Positions 1 through 11,144 of a DNA stretch of 64,000 nt are shown piece after piece. The DNA is from Lepidodermella squamata (Eukaryota; Animalia; Gastrotricha): contig JBLDXI010000007.1 in assembly GCA_047495785.1 (NCBI GenBank), forward strand, positions 2,542,001 through 2,606,000. Direction: 5' to 3'. The notes under the pieces are model-generated. The model was not told the origin of the DNA. It did not search any database and saw nothing but the letters and a program-made list of their open reading frames with translations. Made by a program: the position numbers and the translations under genes. How positions within the stretch are numbered: position 1 is the stretch's first letter; each line of letters begins with the position of its first letter.

Positions 1-903
1 TACGGGACCTCTACTAATCTGGGACAATTAAAGGTTTGTTGAAATGTCTATCGTTTTTGTAAATCGCATTTAGATGAGGCAGGTGTCAATAGCTGCGTGG
101 TGTTGTACTAGACACTGCAAGTAAACACGGAATATGTCGCGCTGTTAAAAAGGGGCGCAGATTGCGAGGGAGGTGGGTGTCAAATACTTGCGAGAACTTG
201 AGGCAATGCTTCAATTAAGAACTTGCAGACTGTTTAGTGGATGCGGGCTAATGAGAAGGTTACAACGCCAAAGGCAACGGCAACTACCTTAGGACAAATG
301 TTAGGTCGTTTGTTGGGTCGCAGCGTGATCGGCCCCTTTACTTTTTGTTACTCCTCTGCCTATCATGATAATGCACAATGCACCATGTTATTTTGGTACC
401 AAAGAAATCTCGTGAAATTCTGCATCGATCCTATTGGTACTATTCTGGACATTTTTCATGATACAGTTTTAAAGCGAAAAAGGTACACTATATTGTGAAA
501 CGTCACATCACGAAAATTGACATCGTAACGACAACACAAAGTGAGTGTGCAGATTTCGGCAGTATTATATAAGCGTGAGTGTCCAGTCTCTAATTGTTTA
601 TCTATGGTGCGATAAAAGTGCGCTAATATTTACGCGCATTTTTTGAGAAGATCCGGCTTGAAGAAAACCCCTTTGAATTAACGTTTCAAGTTTCCAGCGC
701 GAGATTCCTCTCTTGTTTTTTTCTGTTCTGAATTCTTTATCCTTCTGCGAGATAAAATTAGGAAAATTGTAGATGACTGGTGTGGCTAAAGTACAAGTGT
801 AAACTGTCAACAAATCCTTAGGACTACTAGCAGTATGGACTCGAAACTAGCGGAAAAATCCTTGGATTATCAACTGAATGAAAAACTCACTTTTTAAGCG
901 CGC

Positions 904-1410
904 ACACTTTAACTGCCAAAAATAGACTGCGAGGTCCGATATTTGGGTCTAATTCCTGGGTCTGTCAAAAAGTCTTTTTTTTCTGGTCAACGATGCGTCG
1001 AAGGGCAAAATGCCTGACGGCAAAGTGTAGGCCGTGACCTGGCGGTTCTTTTGACACCGAATTTGGGGCCAAAGACTTCAAGGAACGCACAGAAATCAAA
1101 CTTACAAAAACAGTGAAATTTCGATTGTTGCGCCATAATCTGGGTCTAATAATTAGGTCCAATTCTTGGGTCTGATTTTTGGCTCTAATCCAAAATTTCG
1201 ACGTTATTTCACTGTCATTTTCAATGACCTGCTCAGACCTTGTGGCCCCGAATTCGGTGTCAAAAGAACCGCCAGGTCATGGCCTACACTTTGCCGTTAG
1301 GCATTTTGCCCCTCGACGCATCGTTGACCCGAAAAGAATGACTTTTTGACAGACCCAGGAATTAGACCCAAATATCGGACCTCGCAGTCTATTTTTCGCA
1401 GTTAAAGTGT
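904..1410. mobile_element. Non-autonomous inverted-repeat element (MITE), possibly piggyBac-like
   Basis: Arms of about 167 bp (904-1070 and 1244-1410) are reverse complements with a few mismatches (acactttaactgc...ggggcc / ggcccc...gcagttaaagtgt). TTAA overlaps/follows the right end, but no matching TTAA abuts the left end. Confidence 0.75.
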
Positions 1411-1655
1411 TAAATGACCATATTTCGCTCTTATTTCTCGCATTGAAGCCCATAATCTCTGCAAACCTGATGAATATCAATCTATTTTTGATACTGTTCG
1501 ACACCACGCTAATTGACCTCGAAAGCGGCATCAAAATTTCATACTGAGAAAATTTTGCAAAACTCCTATTTTCAATTGTTACAATTGTTACTTTTGTTCA
1601 ATTAATATAATTTCAAAGTCATGGAGTTTCTAATTAGGTTTTACTCCATAAATTT

Positions 1656-4025
1656 TCAAAAAATAGTTCCAGTTTGATCAACCGCAACGTTTGAGGGCAG
1701 AATATGTGGTATCAACTGCAATAAAGCTGTCGTATTCGAATAAAACAAGACGCCGAATGCTAGAATCGAAGTCCGCAACACAACTCGATCCAGTGGTAAC
1801 AGAACCATTAAACTTAACACAACGCCCATGATTGTGAGACTGTTGACAGTTGCAAGTTTCATTGCGGTATATTCCCTACCATTACCCAGTGCTTTAAGCT
1901 CATACGCGAAAATAGATCCAACTATGAGAAGTGCAACGTGAACAACAGCAAGTATGGGCCCCCAGGTTGATAGGAATCTTGAGCTACATACTTGTTGCAA
2001 AATCGCTGTGTAAGAGTCTATTACAGGATTATATTGAACTGGGCTGATTCTTGCTATCATCGTCACTTGATCACCAGCTAAGAAGCCAGCCATAACAGCC
2101 AGATGCAGAATAATAAACACCAAGCTATCAATCACACTGCTCTTGTAGATCTCCCATGGTTTCTGAATGACGCGATGTGTAGTATCGCCATGATGCTGTT
2201 GATGACTGTTGTTGCTAGAATGCATGGAATGAAGTGACGTCTCTGTTCTACTTTTGAACAGGCTTCTGGCAGATATCCGAGCGTGAGCTGGTCTCGTAGA
2301 TCTTGTATACGTGCGAAACCAAATAAAGAGAGAAGCGAGCCGGGAAAAGAACGATCCATTGATTACTGCCATCCCAGTAACGACTAAAATTACCTGGGAT
2401 CGGCATAACTCAGTTGATAACGCACTATTGAAGGTACTAACTAAGCTTAGGGCGGCGGCATCGGATAAGATACATCCAAACAGTGACAGAAAGCCTAATA
2501 TCGCATCAGCTTGTTTGGGCAGTTTCTTTGAAAAATGATAATAAACAAACAACTTAGAGACGACAGCAATACTAATAAAGGCAACTAAAATTCCGAAAAC
2601 AGCTGTTGGAACGCTATCAAGATTGTAAGAAACCTCAGAGAGATCTTTCGGGGTTAAACCATCTGCAGTGAGCCAGATCGGTTCGTTTAACTTTTCGACG
2701 TTGTAGTTCTTTAATTCGAAAATTGAACTGGTACTATTACCAGAAAACGTTAATCGAAATATGATTCTCATGCCTTCTTTCGGGGTCCATTGGGTAAGAT
2801 AAAGAGGTTCGTAATCGAGCTCGAGCCTAGGCGTATACTTGATTCGTCCTATCCTCAACCCAACAAAATCGGACGCAGCTGCACTTTCGTTCACTGCCTT
2901 CCAAACTAAATCTGGCTCATTGGCGAAATCCTTCAACGTTTTGTTCCTGGCTATCAGATTTTTCTCTCCTCCATCCAAGGAAAGAACAGCCTGGATCATC
3001 GAGTCGAAACATCTGTGGCGCCGAACGTAATCCGCTGATCTAGATTTGTTCGTCAAATTGTCCAAAAGTAGGTCGAAACCTCGTTGGTCGTAGCCGAAAC
3101 TCGTATTGCCGTGATCTTCAATTGCGAAATCAAACGGACCACTCCAAAATGTGTGCTGCACTTGCTCACTCAAAATTTGCCTCGTGCAATTACCAGGAAG
3201 CTTCAGATCACCAGCTGTTGGATCGACGAAGCTCGCAGATGTGACGAGAAATACGAATAACGGGGGTCTTACTCCAGCATGCCACGCTAGACACAAAAAC
3301 TGGGTACTCTGTGCCACAGCGCCAGTATTTATATTAATAACTCTGGCATCACTTCTTCGAATTTCCCACATCATCCCATCATTCACAATATCAGAGCTAA
3401 TTGCGAAAACTAATCGTTTACCGAATTCACGAGCATTGCGAGATAAGTAATCGTTTGCGAAGTTGTCAGATGCAGATGAGAAACCAACCGCGCCATATTG
3501 CTTCCATCGAGTTGTCAGCGCTATGAAAGCAGTCTGGGGCATGCCTTGAGTGTCAGAGGGGATTCGGTTCCGGTATAGGTGTGGATAAACCGTGCGAAGT
3601 GCCGTAAATTGAGGACCACTACAACCCGGTGTGAACTGCAGCTGCCTCATGAATCGAGAAATTCCAGTGATGGTGTTGCAGATCTGTGCTGTTCCTACGA
3701 TGACCGGGGCGAGAAAAGTTTGTTTCTTTGGGTCTTTAGATATTGCTACTTCAGCATCGCGTAGGAAATTGACGTAGGTTCTAGGGGCTAGTGAAGCCTG
3801 ACTGCCTTCATCTCGAAAGTCAGTTATCAGTTCGTAGTCGGGGAGCAGGTCTTTCCTCGAGTTTGCAGTGTTCACAGCAACTTGCATCGCAGCTTGACAA
3901 ACACGGCCATCTCGAGGTTCATAGCCAGTGTAAGTCGCAGCAGCGTAGACAAGAAGCTTGTAAGGCTTCTGTGCAGATGTCTCTTCAGCTAGTAGCAGCA
4001 AGATTAGAACAAATTGGATCATCAT
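1656..4025 (-). CDS. Class C GPCR, GABA-B-receptor-like (paralog 1), intronless, 789 aa
   Basis: Signal peptide; Venus-flytrap-type N-terminus (AMQVAVNTANSRKDLLPDYEL, YPHLYRNRIP); no cysteine-rich linker; seven hydrophobic helices from VPTAVFGILV to LLQLIP with Cys at the top of TM3 and in ECL2. Confidence 0.88.
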   Translation of the reverse strand: MMIQFVLILLLLAEETSAQKPYKLLVYAAATYTGYEPRDGRVCQAAMQVAVNTANSRKDLLPDYELITDFRDEGSQASLAPRTYVNFLRDAEVAISKDPKKQTFLAPVIVGTAQICNTITGISRFMRQLQFTPGCSGPQFTALRTVYPHLYRNRIPSDTQGMPQTAFIALTTRWKQYGAVGFSSASDNFANDYLSRNAREFGKRLVFAISSDIVNDGMMWEIRRSDARVININTGAVAQSTQFLCLAWHAGVRPPLFVFLVTSASFVDPTAGDLKLPGNCTRQILSEQVQHTFWSGPFDFAIEDHGNTSFGYDQRGFDLLLDNLTNKSRSADYVRRHRCFDSMIQAVLSLDGGEKNLIARNKTLKDFANEPDLVWKAVNESAAASDFVGLRIGRIKYTPRLELDYEPLYLTQWTPKEGMRIIFRLTFSGNSTSSIFELKNYNVEKLNEPIWLTADGLTPKDLSEVSYNLDSVPTAVFGILVAFISIAVVSKLFVYYHFSKKLPKQADAILGFLSLFGCILSDAAALSLVSTFNSALSTELCRSQVILVVTGMAVINGSFFSRLASLFIWFRTYTRSTRPAHARISARSLFKSRTETSLHSMHSSNNSHQQHHGDTTHRVIQKPWEIYKSSVIDSLVFIILHLAVMAGFLAGDQVTMIARISPVQYNPVIDSYTAILQQVCSSRFLSTWGPILAVVHVALLIVGSIFAYELKALGNGREYTAMKLATVNSLTIMGVVLSLMVLLPLDRVVLRTSILAFGVLFYSNTTALLQLIPHILPSNVAVDQTGTIF

Positions 4026-4567
4026 TTTTTTTACGAATGTTCACACTAAGATATATTAAGAGACGAACTATATATTTTTGGAGAAACCTATCCTAGTGCG
4101 TAGCTAAGAATTCAGGGGTGAGCTTGCCTAATCAAGCACGCCTGATGAGTTGATCCTAACCGAGCGAAATGACGATTTTGCAGCATCGTAGGTGAAACAC
4201 TAACCAAGACAAATACCCGACATATTCTTTTCATTCGCCTGGCAACACCGCGTGATTCATCCACCCACGCCTGCAGAGCCTCGCTTACTAATCAAAAAGC
4301 GTATAATGCTTAATGAGCAGTTATAATAATTCGATAAAACTTTCGATTGTGATATTTCAAAATCCGTAGTCGCTAGCCCTATTATACCTTGTACGCATGC
4401 TACTTGCTAAGAAGTTCATCGCGATCGCACCATCTCGTGTTTCTTATTGCCTTTAAGTAGTATTCTCATCAAGTTGGCAAACAAGTTATCCTAAATGGAA
4501 CAACCTTTCTTATCAATTGCTTTTATTCAAAAGAACACGTCCATATCAGCTGAAGAGAGTGATGAAA

Positions 4568-6931
4568 CTAACTAATAACGATGGTAGCATGTTCAGCAAC
4601 AACTCTACGGTGCAGAATATCCGGGATCAATTGCAAACATGCAGTAGTATTCGAGTAAAACAACACGCCAAACGATAAAATCGATGTCCGCAGCACAACG
4701 CGATTCACCGGCAGCAAAACCATCATGGCCAACACTACAGCCATGATAGTAAGAGCATTTACAGTTGCTACTTTGGTAGTGAAGAAATCTCTGGAATTCT
4801 TGAGCAGCTTTAGCTCATAGGCGAAAATCGCCCCAACAATCAAAAATCCGACGTGAATTACTGCTAGCATGGGCGCCCATGTTGCTAAGTATTGAGAACT
4901 GCAAACTTGCTGAACATTCGCTGTATAAGAATCCACGGTTGGATCATATTGAATTGGACCGTATTTCGCTAAGGTTACGATCGGATCTCCGCCAACGAAT
5001 CCAATCATGACTGATACATTGATGAATATGAATATGATAGCTTCGAAGACACTGCTTTTGTCTATTTCCCAGGGGTTTTGAACACCGCGCTGATTGGAGG
5101 ATTCGTTATTAAGCTGATGACTGCTGTTATTGGAGCGAATCGACGATGTTGTTTTCACTTTGAATAAACTCCTCGTAGATTTAAGGTTTACATGAGATAA
5201 GCGAGCTGGTTTAGTTTGAGATCGGAACCAGATGAAAAGTGACGCAAGCCAGGCGAAAAACGACCCATTAACCATAGCTATGCTAATAACGACTAGGACT
5301 ACCTGGAACTGACAAATTTCGTTTGATAAAACAGTATTAAAGCTCGCAACTAGTGCCAGAGAAGCAGCATCTGCTGCGAAACATCCGACGATGGTTAAGG
5401 AAGTTAAGAATGAGTATGCCATCTTTGAGGGAAGTTTAACAAAACGATACGTTAGATAAAGTTTAGCTATTACGGCAACTATTGTGAGAGCAGCAACGCT
5501 TCCAAAAACAGCTGTCGGGACATTATCGTAATTATAGGAAATCTCGGAGAGGTCTTTCGGGGTTAAACCATCTGCAGTGAGCCATATTGGCTCGTTTAGT
5601 TGTTCAATTTTATAGTTCTTCAATTCTAGAATCGAAATGGTGTTATTGCCAGTAAATGTTGTACGCAATATAATGCGCATGCCCTTTTTAGGGGTCCATT
5701 GGGTCAAATACATTGGTTCGTAATCAAGCTCGAGCCGAGGGGTGTACTTGATTCGTCCGATTCGCAGTCCGATGAAATCTGAAGCGGCTGCACTCTCGTT
5801 TACTGCTTTCCATACCAAATCTGGTTCATTTGCGAAATCCATCAAAGTTTTGTTCTTGGCTCTAAGAATCTTCTCGCCGCCATCAAGCGAAAGAACTGCC
5901 TGCATCATTGAGTCGAAACACCTGTGACGACGAACATAATCAGCTGATCGAGAGTTGTTCGTCAAATTGTCCAGAAGTAGGTCAAAACCCCGTTGGTCGT
6001 AGCCGAAACTTGTGTTGCCATGATCTTCGATGGCAAAGTCGAACGGGCCGCTCCATAATGTATGTTGAACTTGTTGCGATATGATTTCACGAGTGCAGTT
6101 GCCTGGGAGTCTGAGATCGCTCGCTGTAGGGTCGATGAAGCTCGCGGATGTGACGAAAAATGAGAATAACGGAGGTCTCACACCGGCATGCCAAGCCAGG
6201 CATAAAAACTGCGTGCTCTGCGCCACTGCCCCGGTATTCACTACAATTACTCTGGCGTCACTTCTTCGAATCTCCCACATCATGCCGTCATTTACACCAT
6301 CAGAGCTGACGCGAAATATGAGACTCTTTCCGAACAGCCTCGCGTTCTCAGCCACATAATCGTTTGCAAAGTTGTCTGTCGCGGCTGAAAAGCCAGCAGC
6401 TCCGTACTGCTTCCATCGAGAATTGAAAGCTATGAAAGCAGCTTGCGGAATGTATTGCGATTCCGCTGGGATTCGATTTCGGTACAAGTGCGGGTAAACC
6501 GTCCGAAGTGCCGTAAATTGAGGACCGCTACAGCCCGGCGTGAACTGAATCTGCCTCATGAATCGGGAAATCCCAGTGATTGTGTTGCAGATCTGGGCTG
6601 TCCCTACGATGACCGGGGCAAGAAAGGTTTGTTTCTTCGGGTCCTTTGAAATTGCTACTTCAGCATCGCGTAGGAAATTGACGTACGTCCTTGGGGCGAG
6701 TGATGCCTGACTTCCTTCATCTCGGAAGTCAGTCACTAGTTCGTAGTCGGGTAGCAGATCTTTCCTCGAGTTTGCAGTGTTCACAGCAACCTGCATTGCA
6801 GCTTGACAAACCCGGCCGTCTCTGGGCTCATAGCCAGTGTAAGTCGCAGCAGCGTAGATGAGGAGTTTGTGATGCTTTTGAGCTGCGATTTGTTGAAGAA
6901 GGAGTAGCAAAATACCTACAACTTTAAACAT
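4568..6931 (-). CDS. Class C GPCR, GABA-B-receptor-like (paralog 2), intronless
   Basis: Same architecture as paralog 1. Likely ATG at 6931 (MFKVVGILLLLLQQIAAQ signal peptide) rather than the non-ATG ORF-track start at 6976. Confidence 0.88.
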   Translation of the reverse strand: MFKVVGILLLLLQQIAAQKHHKLLIYAAATYTGYEPRDGRVCQAAMQVAVNTANSRKDLLPDYELVTDFRDEGSQASLAPRTYVNFLRDAEVAISKDPKKQTFLAPVIVGTAQICNTITGISRFMRQIQFTPGCSGPQFTALRTVYPHLYRNRIPAESQYIPQAAFIAFNSRWKQYGAAGFSAATDNFANDYVAENARLFGKSLIFRVSSDGVNDGMMWEIRRSDARVIVVNTGAVAQSTQFLCLAWHAGVRPPLFSFFVTSASFIDPTASDLRLPGNCTREIISQQVQHTLWSGPFDFAIEDHGNTSFGYDQRGFDLLLDNLTNNSRSADYVRRHRCFDSMMQAVLSLDGGEKILRAKNKTLMDFANEPDLVWKAVNESAAASDFIGLRIGRIKYTPRLELDYEPMYLTQWTPKKGMRIILRTTFTGNNTISILELKNYKIEQLNEPIWLTADGLTPKDLSEISYNYDNVPTAVFGSVAALTIVAVIAKLYLTYRFVKLPSKMAYSFLTSLTIVGCFAADAASLALVASFNTVLSNEICQFQVVLVVISIAMVNGSFFAWLASLFIWFRSQTKPARLSHVNLKSTRSLFKVKTTSSIRSNNSSHQLNNESSNQRGVQNPWEIDKSSVFEAIIFIFINVSVMIGFVGGDPIVTLAKYGPIQYDPTVDSYTANVQQVCSSQYLATWAPMLAVIHVGFLIVGAIFAYELKLLKNSRDFFTTKVATVNALTIMAVVLAMMVLLPVNRVVLRTSILSFGVLFYSNTTACLQLIPDILHRRVVAEHATIVIS

Positions 6932-7606
6932 CTTTCGCGAATGTTCTAGAAGTCGAAAAAACGAAAATGATTTCACTCAAGTTCAAATGTAATACGTGAA
7001 TACGGAGGAGGTATAATCCTGCTAATCTGACGCGTTTGTACCGGCTTCTTAGACAGCAATTAAGTACTCTCCGTAAAGAACTTGAGACAATTCGATATAA
7101 AATTAGATATTGACTTCGTTAGATCAAACTTAACACAGATATTTGTGCTGAAAATTTTTTATTAACAGACTCGTGAGACAACCACGTGAGATCATTCAGA
7201 AGATTAAAATTCCCCTCGTCATTTCGGCGCATTAAGGTAATAAACGTGACGATCCTAACTTTCCATCTAACGGTCGTGATTTGATCTTGAAAATGAAGGA
7301 TTTATGAATCTCACAGCTTAATCAGTTTAATCAGTTTAATCAATCTGCGCGGCAAAACGTGCTTGCTGAAATAAACTGTCCATTTCTGATAAAACTCTGG
7401 CAGCTATTTTCGGGTAAGCCACTGTTGCTTGAATGTGGGTTGGATACCCCTCACTTATTTTATCCGCTCTCTAATCAAAAGATGGGCTGCACAATTTGCG
7501 GAGGTTCGAGAAAGTGCAGTTTTATTTTTATTTTTTTATCTGATTGATGTTTGCTTATTGCTTAGACCTTACGAGTCGTATGGAACGTGGTATGTTGCGC
7601 CTAGGA

Positions 7607-9877
7607 TTAAAGCGCATGAAAAAGTAGCATTGCCCCAGTTCCAGTGCCGAGGAAGCAACTGCAGAAACTCACCACCAGTAGCCTGATAACATTCCTATTC
7701 GGCGGCAGAACCATTACTAACATCAATGCCACTGTAATGACGGTGATGGTATTCATTGCTGCTAAACGAATGGGGGTGAAGCGAATCTGAGCTTGAACAA
7801 GGTAAACCGCTCGTAGTTCAAGCGAAATAATGACGCAAAATACCGTAAAGCACACATTGCAAGCCAGAACTATGGGTACCCACAGCGAAACATAGTTTGA
7901 GACGCAAAATGTTCGATAAGTCGCGAAGTACGAGTCATTTTCAGAATCGTATTGCACCAGGTCTTGATTTCTAACAAGTTTGAATGGATCACCAACTGCG
8001 AAGCCAAAGAAAAGCAGCAAATGAACGGCGAGATAAGCCATGAGGACTTTCAAATAACGACCAGCTTTACTCACCCAAGGTCGTTGTAGTCCAATTGACA
8101 AGGAGCTATGGAGCTTGCTTTTGCTGTTCCTCGTTATGAAAACGCGCCTGCGATACCATGAAACGATCTCGATTATTCTGAACGTAACCGAACCCGTGAG
8201 TAAAGGGATGCCTAGCGACATGACCCAAAATTGGGCATAGCATATTGCGGGCGAAATTGTCGGGCTTATAAGGAAAATAACCGCGCCTATGTTGCAAAAC
8301 AGGGCCCCAACCGCTGTTGTAGTGTTGTATACATTGTTTTGCGAAGAGATTGCTCGATTGAAACTTGTATAGGTCAAATACATGATCAATCCAGAGCCCA
8401 GCAAAGCCAGACATATCACAACCCCCGCAGCTGCGACTGGGACGTCGTCAGAAATGAAAATCGTCGAGGACAGATCATTAGGCCTCTTCCGGTCCGGGGT
8501 GAGCCATATAGGGTCGGCTAATTTTTCGATGACATAGTCCGTGATGTTGTAAATTGACCCATTGCGTCGGCTTGTGTTGAAAGTAACACGATATAGGATT
8601 CGCATACCCTCCCGAGGCGTCCATTGCGTCAAATACTGCGGTTCGCTGTCTAGCTCCAGACGCGGCGTATATTTAATCCGCCCGATTCGTAAGCCGACGA
8701 AATCTGACGCTGCAGCACTGTCGTTAACTGCCTGAAGAACCAGCTTAGGGTTTGACGCGAAATCTCTGAGGGATTTGTTGTAATTAGCCTTTAATGATGC
8801 GTCCCCAGAATCCATGGCTAGAATCGCCTGCTCCATAGCGTCGAAACACCTGTGGCGACGCACGTAATCCGCCGATCGGGAGTTATTTGTCAAATTATCC
8901 AAAAGCAGGTCAAACCCCCTTTGATCATAACCGAAAGTCGTATTGCCGTGATTTTCGATCGCGAAATCGAAAGGGCCACTCCAGAAAGTGTGCTGAATCT
9001 GTTCAATCATGATTTGCCGGGTACAGTTACCGGGAAGCTTCAAATCACTTGCTGTAGGATCTATAAAGTTTGAAGAACCCGCGAAAAACACGTATTGAGG
9101 CGGTTTGATGCCTGCGTGAAAAGCCAAACATAAAAATTGAACTGTCTGAGCTACGGCGCCTGTTTGAACTCTCAGAAGCCTAGCGTCACTACGCTTTATT
9201 GACCAGATAACATCGTCTGTCAAAGTATCGAAGGCTATGTTGAAAACAACCTCCCTCCCTCGCTCCAGCATGTTCATTTTATAGAAATCGTTGTTGTTGT
9301 TGAAGGTACTTGCCGCGAACTGAATGTCGCCGTATTGCAGCCAGTTTTCTTGGTCGAGGAAAAACGCAGCATTAGGCATGTTCTGAGTATCTGCCGGGAT
9401 GCGATTTCGGTATAAATTCGGGTATAACTTGCGTTGAGCTGTAAATTGAAGCCCGCTACAGCCTGGCGTGAACTGAACTTGGTTCATAACCTGGGCGATT
9501 CGGGAAATCGTATTGCAGTTTTGTTGAGTCCCAATGATTACCGGAGCTAGGAAGGTTGATTTAGTGGAATCTCTCGCTATAATAATTTCAGCATTCATTA
9601 GGAAGTTGACATAGTTCCGTGGAGCTATTGTCGCCAGGAAACCTTCATCGCCAAATGAGGTTACGATTTCGTAGTCCGGGAGAAGATCTTTACGAGAATT
9701 TGCCGTGTTAACCGCCAGTTGCATAGCAGCCTGGCAAATTTTCCCATCTCGAGGTTCGTAACCTGTGTAAGTCGCTGTTGAGAATAGAAGCATTTTGAAC
9801 GGTTTGGCTGTCACGGAAAAGGTGAACAACAGCCATGTTGTGAACCTGAGTATCATCGAATTGTTGAGATGAGACAT
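7607..9877 (-). CDS. Class C GPCR, GABA-B-receptor-like (paralog 3, most divergent), intronless, 756 aa
   Basis: Flytrap domain aligns with the other copies (TYTGYEPRDG, DYVRRHRCFD, GRIKYTPRLEL). The 7TM region is divergent and the ORF ends immediately after TM7. Confidence 0.85.
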   Translation of the reverse strand: MSHLNNSMILRFTTWLLFTFSVTAKPFKMLLFSTATYTGYEPRDGKICQAAMQLAVNTANSRKDLLPDYEIVTSFGDEGFLATIAPRNYVNFLMNAEIIIARDSTKSTFLAPVIIGTQQNCNTISRIAQVMNQVQFTPGCSGLQFTAQRKLYPNLYRNRIPADTQNMPNAAFFLDQENWLQYGDIQFAASTFNNNNDFYKMNMLERGREVVFNIAFDTLTDDVIWSIKRSDARLLRVQTGAVAQTVQFLCLAFHAGIKPPQYVFFAGSSNFIDPTASDLKLPGNCTRQIMIEQIQHTFWSGPFDFAIENHGNTTFGYDQRGFDLLLDNLTNNSRSADYVRRHRCFDAMEQAILAMDSGDASLKANYNKSLRDFASNPKLVLQAVNDSAAASDFVGLRIGRIKYTPRLELDSEPQYLTQWTPREGMRILYRVTFNTSRRNGSIYNITDYVIEKLADPIWLTPDRKRPNDLSSTIFISDDVPVAAAGVVICLALLGSGLIMYLTYTSFNRAISSQNNVYNTTTAVGALFCNIGAVIFLISPTISPAICYAQFWVMSLGIPLLTGSVTFRIIEIVSWYRRRVFITRNSKSKLHSSLSIGLQRPWVSKAGRYLKVLMAYLAVHLLLFFGFAVGDPFKLVRNQDLVQYDSENDSYFATYRTFCVSNYVSLWVPIVLACNVCFTVFCVIISLELRAVYLVQAQIRFTPIRLAAMNTITVITVALMLVMVLPPNRNVIRLLVVSFCSCFLGTGTGAMLLFHAL

Positions 9878-11144
9878 GGTGTGGATATAATGTTTCTTTT
9901 AAAACGCATAAATCAGCTATGCGGAATGCAAAATTTTCTCGATAATTAGTTTCTACACGGTCGAAAATGGAAATAGCTCATCAATCCCCGCCTTTTAAAT
10001 TAGTAATATCAAAAGCCATGCTGAACAATTAGGTACAATGTAATTATGTATTGTATAACACATGGGCCTCCGTGAATTATTCGAGACATGGCAAATTCCA
10101 CCATGGGTTTTTTTATATAGACCACCGATTCCGCCAGACAGGGTTGACAGGTGCGCAATAGAATTGAACCAGAGAGCGAAGTACCGCTGGGGATGGTAGG
10201 GATCATCCCTACCAGTTCCGGCAGTCCGTACGGTGGGCTCATTCACCATTCACAGACCAAAGGGGGACCCTTATGTTGATTTGTGTAATCCCTACCAGTC
10301 CCAAAGTCCCACTTCGCTCTATGAATTGAACATTCTGAATTTTATTGGGGTGCAATAAAAACGTAGAAAAGTTAACGAATTTTGAATATGTTGGGAAATT
10401 TTTGCATGAGAACCCCATATTCAACCGATATCTTCTGAAATTTATTTTGGTACTAATGCCGCCAAATTATTCTAAAGTAGCCCTTTGACATCAGCGCGTG
10501 CGGTCCAAAATTTGTTTAAAACTTAGACTTCTCTAGTGCGTGCGCGATGACGGCCATAAATGAGGAGCGCGCATTTTCGTTAACTGCCTTTTCTCTTTTT
10601 ATTGCGTATAATTTAATGATGGGTCCACGCATTTAAAGTCGGATCTTATTAATTAAAGGGGAGTTGATTATATAATGCATTTGTCATGATAATCCGCTCA
10701 GATAACACATCCTTGGTGTTTTATAGTTTCCAAGTCTACAACCTCCTCATTGCCTTACAGCCAGCATCCACCGTGTTCAACGATTTTCAATCAAACTCAG
10801 TACATGCCCAGGTTAATTATCCACGAATCGAGAGAAAAACCAAAAGTAAGATGCAAAACGGATTATCTTGATAAATAATTCTATAGGTGTTAGTAGCCAA
10901 TCGATCAAAATACTAGCTAGATAGTCTGAAGCGAGAAACTTCAGTTTGATTTTCTGGAAATCGACGAACTAAAACCAAAGAAGGTCACGTTGCGTGGAGC
11001 GCGCAATTTTTTGTTCGTGTACTAGATCTTTGCGGCAACAGGAAAAAAATGCTGTCAATCAAAAAGTGTTAATAAAGGCCAAATGCAAACTCAGCTGAAA
11101 GAAACACTTTGATTTAAATTCGTAGGAAAGATTGATCTCTGAAA

